From assembly GCA_964565125.1 (NCBI GenBank), contig CAZMCX010000016.1:3196-11485 (forward strand): a stretch of 8,290 nucleotides of DNA, written 5' to 3'. The DNA comes from an uncultured archaeon (lineage in GTDB: Archaea; Iainarchaeota; Iainarchaeia; Iainarchaeales; 0-14-0-20-30-16). The notes under the pieces were generated by a model, which was given only the letters and a program-made list of their open reading frames with translations, was not told where the DNA came from and did no database searches. The translations under genes were made by a program, and so were the position numbers. This document shows, piece after piece, positions 4,867-8,290 of the stretch; position 1 is the stretch's first letter, and each line of letters begins with the position of its first letter.

Positions 4867-7555
4867 TACTATAAAAAAAATTGAAAAAATGGGCACAGAA
4901 ATTGCTAAACAAATTGATGACGGAAAAGAGCCTAATTATTCTATTCCGGTAAGGTCTTTGGGAAATGTTTATTATGATAAAGTTTCTAAAACAATTAAAC
5001 TTGGAGACAAAGAAAGTAAAAGGCATTTTTTAAATATTGGGCATGCAAGAAAATTTATGCAAACAATTCTTGTTGCCTCAGAAGTAAAAAATCTAATAAA
5101 GCATGGGGCAACAACCTCAATTAGGGATCTGTACTATGCCCTTAAGCACACTATTGGGGGCACAAAAGAGAACGTTTTTGAAAATCAGGCAGAATCTATT
5201 TGCCCAGACGAAACAGTCTTAGTAAGAATAGCAGGCATAATGAAAATCACAACAGTTGATGAAGTCGTAAACTATGTTAAAAAGCAGGGAAAATTAGAGA
5301 TTAATGACACTAAACATAAGGTATATTCTACAAAAGATATTTCTGTTGTAGGTTTTGACAAAAACCAAAAAATAAAAGAAAATCCAGTAAATTGTATAAT
5401 TATTCACCCTCCAAATAAAGTTAAAAAAATAACTACATCATCAGGCAGGATAGTAAAGACAACATTAGATCATAATCTTTTTACTATAAAAAACGGCGAG
5501 ATAATAAATATTACTACAAAAAATTTAAAACAAGGGGATTATATAGCAATTGCCCGAAAAATAAAAATAAAAGAAAATAAAAAAGAGATTAATTTAGTAA
5601 CTAATATAATTAATAACGCCCCCCCGGAAGTAATAAAAAAAATATATCTTAAGGGAGATAAAAAAGTAATATTTGATATTTTAGACAGCATCCCCAGAAT
5701 TAAAATAAAAAAATATCTTGAACAAAATAAACTGAAACTAAAACATAATTATGCTATGGGTAATTGGAAACATTGGCAAACAATACCTCTATCTTTGATC
5801 AAGTTTACTAATTTAGATCTAAAAAACAATTACAAAAAATTGTTTCTCTTTGCAAAAGGTGGCAAGCATAAATACAAAACTATAATTAAAAAAGATAAAA
5901 ACTTAGGATTAATCTTTGGTAGTTTACTTAGTGAGGGCTGTTTAAATATTGTAACAAGAAAAAAGAGGGAATATAGAATATCTATATGTAATAAATCTCA
6001 AAAATTTTTAAATAAATTTATTAATTCTTTGGAAAATACTTTGGGCAATTGTTCTTCAACAAAGCCCTTACCTAAAAAAGATGGCACATATAATTTAAAT
6101 GTAGGTTATGATTTACTTGCAAAAATACTAGAATATGGATTAGGCATGAATTTTTATAAATCTTGGGACAAAGAAATTCCTTATTGCTTATTAGATGCCC
6201 CAATAAATTGTGTTGATTCTTTTTTAGATAGTTTTAGACAGGGGGATGGAAGCAGGGGTCCAAGGTATGAAATAAGATACCACACTACAAGTGTTAACTT
6301 GGTAAATGGTATTTCTTTTTTATTACTTAGAAAGGGGCTGTTTTCAAATATTTACGAATACAAAAAAAGGTCATTAAATCATCATGTTGCTTATGAAATA
6401 AGAGTAGGAAATAGAGATTATTCCTGTGAATTAAGCCAAATTACTGAAAAAAATAAGTTCTCGACCAAAAATACCAAACATTCTAGTGACAGAATTCCGG
6501 GTTTAGAAAACATTATTAACCTTGCAAGAAAAGAGAAAAAAATACCACAGGAAGTTTATAAAAAAATAGACTTTTACCACTTTAAAAATAGTAGGGCAAT
6601 TAGTAGAATTATGTTAAAAAAAATATTAAAATATTTCAAAGACTCAAAATACAAGAAATTATTAGAGCTTAACCTTAACTCTAATATTTATTGGGATACA
6701 GTAAAATCCATAGAAACTATAAAAACACCCAAATACACTATGGATTTTAATGTAAAACCAATTCAAAACTTTATTGCTGGAAGAGGGCATCTGTTATTAC
6801 ATAACTCAGATCCTCTGATAGAAGACTTAGAGGCTTCTCTTGGGCTATTAAGAGAAGAACTTCACCTGACTGCATCTACAAAAGGAATAATTGCTGGGAA
6901 GATGACAGTAAAAGACGGAAAGGATACTATTGATTTGTCAAGAATGGGTTCTGGCGGTTGGGGAGTTCCATCCAATGTAGAACCTGAAAAAATTGAGATA
7001 AAAGATTTAGATGCAGAGTACATATTATTTATCGAAAAAGATGCTGTATGGAAAAGGTTTAACGAGGACCAATTCTGGAAAAAGCACAGGTGTATTATAA
7101 TCACTGGAAAAGGCCAGCCCGCAAGAGCAGAAAGAAGGCTTGTTCAGAGGTTAAACAAGGAATATAATCTTCCTGTTTATGCCCTGATGGATGCAGATCC
7201 GTGGGGAATGTATATTTATTCAGTAATAAAGCAAGGATCCATTTCTCTAAGTTATTCTGAAGAGAAATTGGCAACCCCGGATACAAAATATCTTGGACTA
7301 ACAATCTCTGATGTTGACAAGTTCAAGATCCCAAGTAATGTAACAATCAAGCTTAATATGCAAGACATAAAGAGAATAAAAGAAATGAAGGAATATCCTT
7401 GGTTTAAGAAGGACAAAGGCTGGCAGAAAGAGTTTGATTTGATGAAACAGAGAAACTACAAGCTAGAATTGGAAGCCCTAAGTAGAAAAGGGATTAGGTT
7501 CATAACTGAAGAGTATTTGCCAAGAAAGATAGAAACCAAAGACTTTTTAGGATAA
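4847..7555 (+). CDS. top6A: DNA topoisomerase VI subunit A (Spo11 family), intein-containing precursor (902 aa; 367 aa after splicing)
   Basis: The 5Y-CAP motif SIRDLYYALK carries the catalytic Tyr (Y97, 5135-5137). The spliced form reads FENQAESI-SDPLIEDLEASLGLLREELHL. Toprim motifs are LFIEKDAV (E730) and MDADPWG (DxD). The alternative start ATG 4859 is preceded by the SD-like GGTGATC (4849-4855) and may be the true start. It overlaps the top6B stop as ATGAGTGA. Confidence 0.92.
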   Translation: MVITMSDTIKKIEKMGTEIAKQIDDGKEPNYSIPVRSLGNVYYDKVSKTIKLGDKESKRHFLNIGHARKFMQTILVASEVKNLIKHGATTSIRDLYYALKHTIGGTKENVFENQAESICPDETVLVRIAGIMKITTVDEVVNYVKKQGKLEINDTKHKVYSTKDISVVGFDKNQKIKENPVNCIIIHPPNKVKKITTSSGRIVKTTLDHNLFTIKNGEIINITTKNLKQGDYIAIARKIKIKENKKEINLVTNIINNAPPEVIKKIYLKGDKKVIFDILDSIPRIKIKKYLEQNKLKLKHNYAMGNWKHWQTIPLSLIKFTNLDLKNNYKKLFLFAKGGKHKYKTIIKKDKNLGLIFGSLLSEGCLNIVTRKKREYRISICNKSQKFLNKFINSLENTLGNCSSTKPLPKKDGTYNLNVGYDLLAKILEYGLGMNFYKSWDKEIPYCLLDAPINCVDSFLDSFRQGDGSRGPRYEIRYHTTSVNLVNGISFLLLRKGLFSNIYEYKKRSLNHHVAYEIRVGNRDYSCELSQITEKNKFSTKNTKHSSDRIPGLENIINLARKEKKIPQEVYKKIDFYHFKNSRAISRIMLKKILKYFKDSKYKKLLELNLNSNIYWDTVKSIETIKTPKYTMDFNVKPIQNFIAGRGHLLLHNSDPLIEDLEASLGLLREELHLTASTKGIIAGKMTVKDGKDTIDLSRMGSGGWGVPSNVEPEKIEIKDLDAEYILFIEKDAVWKRFNEDQFWKKHRCIIITGKGQPARAERRLVQRLNKEYNLPVYALMDADPWGMYIYSVIKQGSISLSYSEEKLATPDTKYLGLTISDVDKFKIPSNVTIKLNMQDIKRIKEMKEYPWFKKDKGWQKEFDLMKQRNYKLELEALSRKGIRFITEEYLPRKIETKDFLG
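5201..6805 (+). mobile_element. Intein (535 aa) with LAGLIDADG homing-endonuclease domain, inserted in Top6A between ...NQAESI and SDPLIEDLE...
   Basis: Block A is CPDETVLV (Cys1). Block B is VKTTLDHNLF (TxxH). The LAGLIDADG motifs are LGLIFGSLLSEGC (5903-5941) and FLDSFRQGDGS (6221-6253). Blocks F/G are TMDFNVKPIQNFIAGRGHLLLHN, ending in His-Asn and followed by Ser+1 (6806). Confidence 0.88.
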
Positions 7556-7647
7556 TCGCATTTAAAAGTAATTGGCAAGAGTGGTAAGTCTCCAGAAGAA
7601 TACTACTTTTATGAACTGAACCGCAGATAGGCAAAATCTTGGGGGCT

Positions 7648-8085
7648 TTATTTCTTTGTATATCTTTTGATTTTTAAACAGTCATTTTCCAAAAAATTTC
7701 CAAAAATTTCTATTTTTTTCTTTGCGGTTTTAAGTATTACCTTGGGGTCTATATTTAGTTTCCCCCAAGTATGTCTTCCATCCCAACCCCAAACGATTCC
7801 TTTGGCTTCAGCCCAAACAATTAAGGAAGTACACATTGGACACGGTATTTGGGTAGAATAAATCCAACAATTCTTTAGATGGTAATTCTTTTGTTTTCTA
7901 CAGATCTTTCTTACGGCATTCATTTCACCATGTGCTGTCGGATCTTTGTATTCTTCAACTGTAGAGATTGCTTTAGAAATAATTTTATCGCCCTTTACAA
8001 TAAAACAACCAGTCCTCTGTCCATCTGATTTTTTCAATGTATAAGCAATAAGTTTTCTCATTATTTTTTCGTTAGGGTGTTTCAT
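7648..8085 (-). CDS. CMP/dCMP-type (CDA superfamily) zinc-dependent nucleoside/base deaminase, COG0590-like
   Basis: The zinc and catalytic motifs are HGE (TAHGEMNAV) and PCPMC (PCxxC), with typical spacing. The 145-aa size fits free-standing CDA-fold deaminases. Substrate cannot be assigned from sequence alone. Confidence 0.8.
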   Translation of the reverse strand: MKHPNEKIMRKLIAYTLKKSDGQRTGCFIVKGDKIISKAISTVEEYKDPTAHGEMNAVRKICRKQKNYHLKNCWIYSTQIPCPMCTSLIVWAEAKGIVWGWDGRHTWGKLNIDPKVILKTAKKKIEIFGNFLENDCLKIKRYTKK

Positions 8086-8106
8086 AAAGATATTAACTTT
8101 CTATTA

Positions 8107-8114
8107 TATATAAA
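8107..8114 (-). promoter_or_regulatory. Archaeal TATA box (TTTATATA on the minus strand) for the deaminase gene; leaderless geometry
   Basis: The minus strand reads GTTAGA-TTTATATA-(21 nt)-ATG. This is an exact match to the TTTAWATA consensus. The spacing places the predicted transcription start at about the A of the start codon (8085). Confidence 0.55.
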
Positions 8115-8174
8115 TCTAACTATTATCTGCCTTACCCCAATTAGATATTTTTATAATTTCTTCCTGCCTAAAAT

Positions 8175-8290
8175 ATATTAGGTGTTATTTATGGATCAAG
8201 AAAGTAATTTGCTTAAACGCAAATTATTTCAGGCCCCATAAAATATTAGGTGTTATTTATGGATCAAGAAAGTAATTTGCTTAAACGCAA
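8175..8290 (+). repeat. Tandem direct duplication, period 68 bp. Copies 8175-8222 and 8243-8290 are identical over 48 nt; the second is truncated by the window end.
   Basis: ATATTAGGTGTTATTTATGGATCAAGAAAGTAATTTGCTTAAACGCAA occurs twice, read directly. The flanks upstream of each copy are degenerately similar (AATTTCTTCCTGCCTAAAAT vs TATTTCAGGCCCCATAAAAT). Each copy contains an ATG (8191, 8259). Confidence 0.85.

Noticed and set aside
1030-5720. Numerous A7-A8 homopolymer runs inside coding regions (e.g. 5634-5641, 5709-5715), considered as programmed frameshift or slippage sites.
   Set aside because: All the long ORFs read through them in a single frame with intact downstream motifs. The runs are what Lys-rich (AAA) coding in a very AT-rich genome would produce.
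1513-7555. The idea that the oversized 1117-aa and 902-aa ORFs are novel topoisomerase-nuclease fusion proteins, for example a defence or DNA-modification system.
   Set aside because: The extra segments have every canonical intein splicing block, with a nucleophile at position 1, terminal His-Asn and a nucleophilic +1 residue. Their removal restores uninterrupted Top6B/Top6A motifs exactly. Inteins are the simpler explanation.
7556-7647. The convergent intergenic region between top6A and the deaminase, examined for a terminator hairpin, tRNA or sRNA.
   Set aside because: I found no convincing stem-loop or tRNA-like structure. There are only short T-runs (e.g. TTTT at 7607-7610 on the plus strand; ATTTTG on the minus strand from 7631-7636). 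These are compatible with weak archaeal oligo-T termination but too short to annotate.
8175-8290. The terminal direct repeats as the start of a CRISPR array.
   Set aside because: The identical block is 48 nt with only ~20 nt between copies. The intervening or flanking segments are themselves related to each other. The repeat contains an ATG-initiated reading frame, and no cas genes are nearby. The geometry fits a tandem duplication, not repeat-spacer architecture.

Overview
This is an AT-rich archaeal chromosomal segment, possibly from a small-genome, DPANN-like lineage (inference from gene content and composition only). From left to right it holds: the 3' part of a tRNA-Gln(CUG); a ~180-nt spacer with three stem-loops; a tightly packed plus-strand operon of rio1 (RIO kinase), a KH-domain Dim2/Pno1-like protein, top6B and top6A; a convergent minus-strand CDA-family zinc deaminase; and a 68-bp tandem duplication cut by the right edge. 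The main result is that both subunits of DNA topoisomerase VI are interrupted in frame by full-length inteins carrying LAGLIDADG homing-endonuclease domains. The Top6B intein (1828..3519, 564 aa) sits just before the GHKL ATP-lid motif. The Top6A intein (5201..6805, 535 aa) starts 21 codons after the catalytic Tyr. Together they make up 3297 nt, about 40% of the window. Removing them restores normal-sized subunits (553 and 367 aa) with contiguous family motifs. I see no evidence for a new multi-gene system such as a defence island. The double-intein topo VI locus, the structured tRNA-proximal spacer and the terminal duplication are the items worth follow-up. All calls come from reading the sequence and translations; no database search was run.
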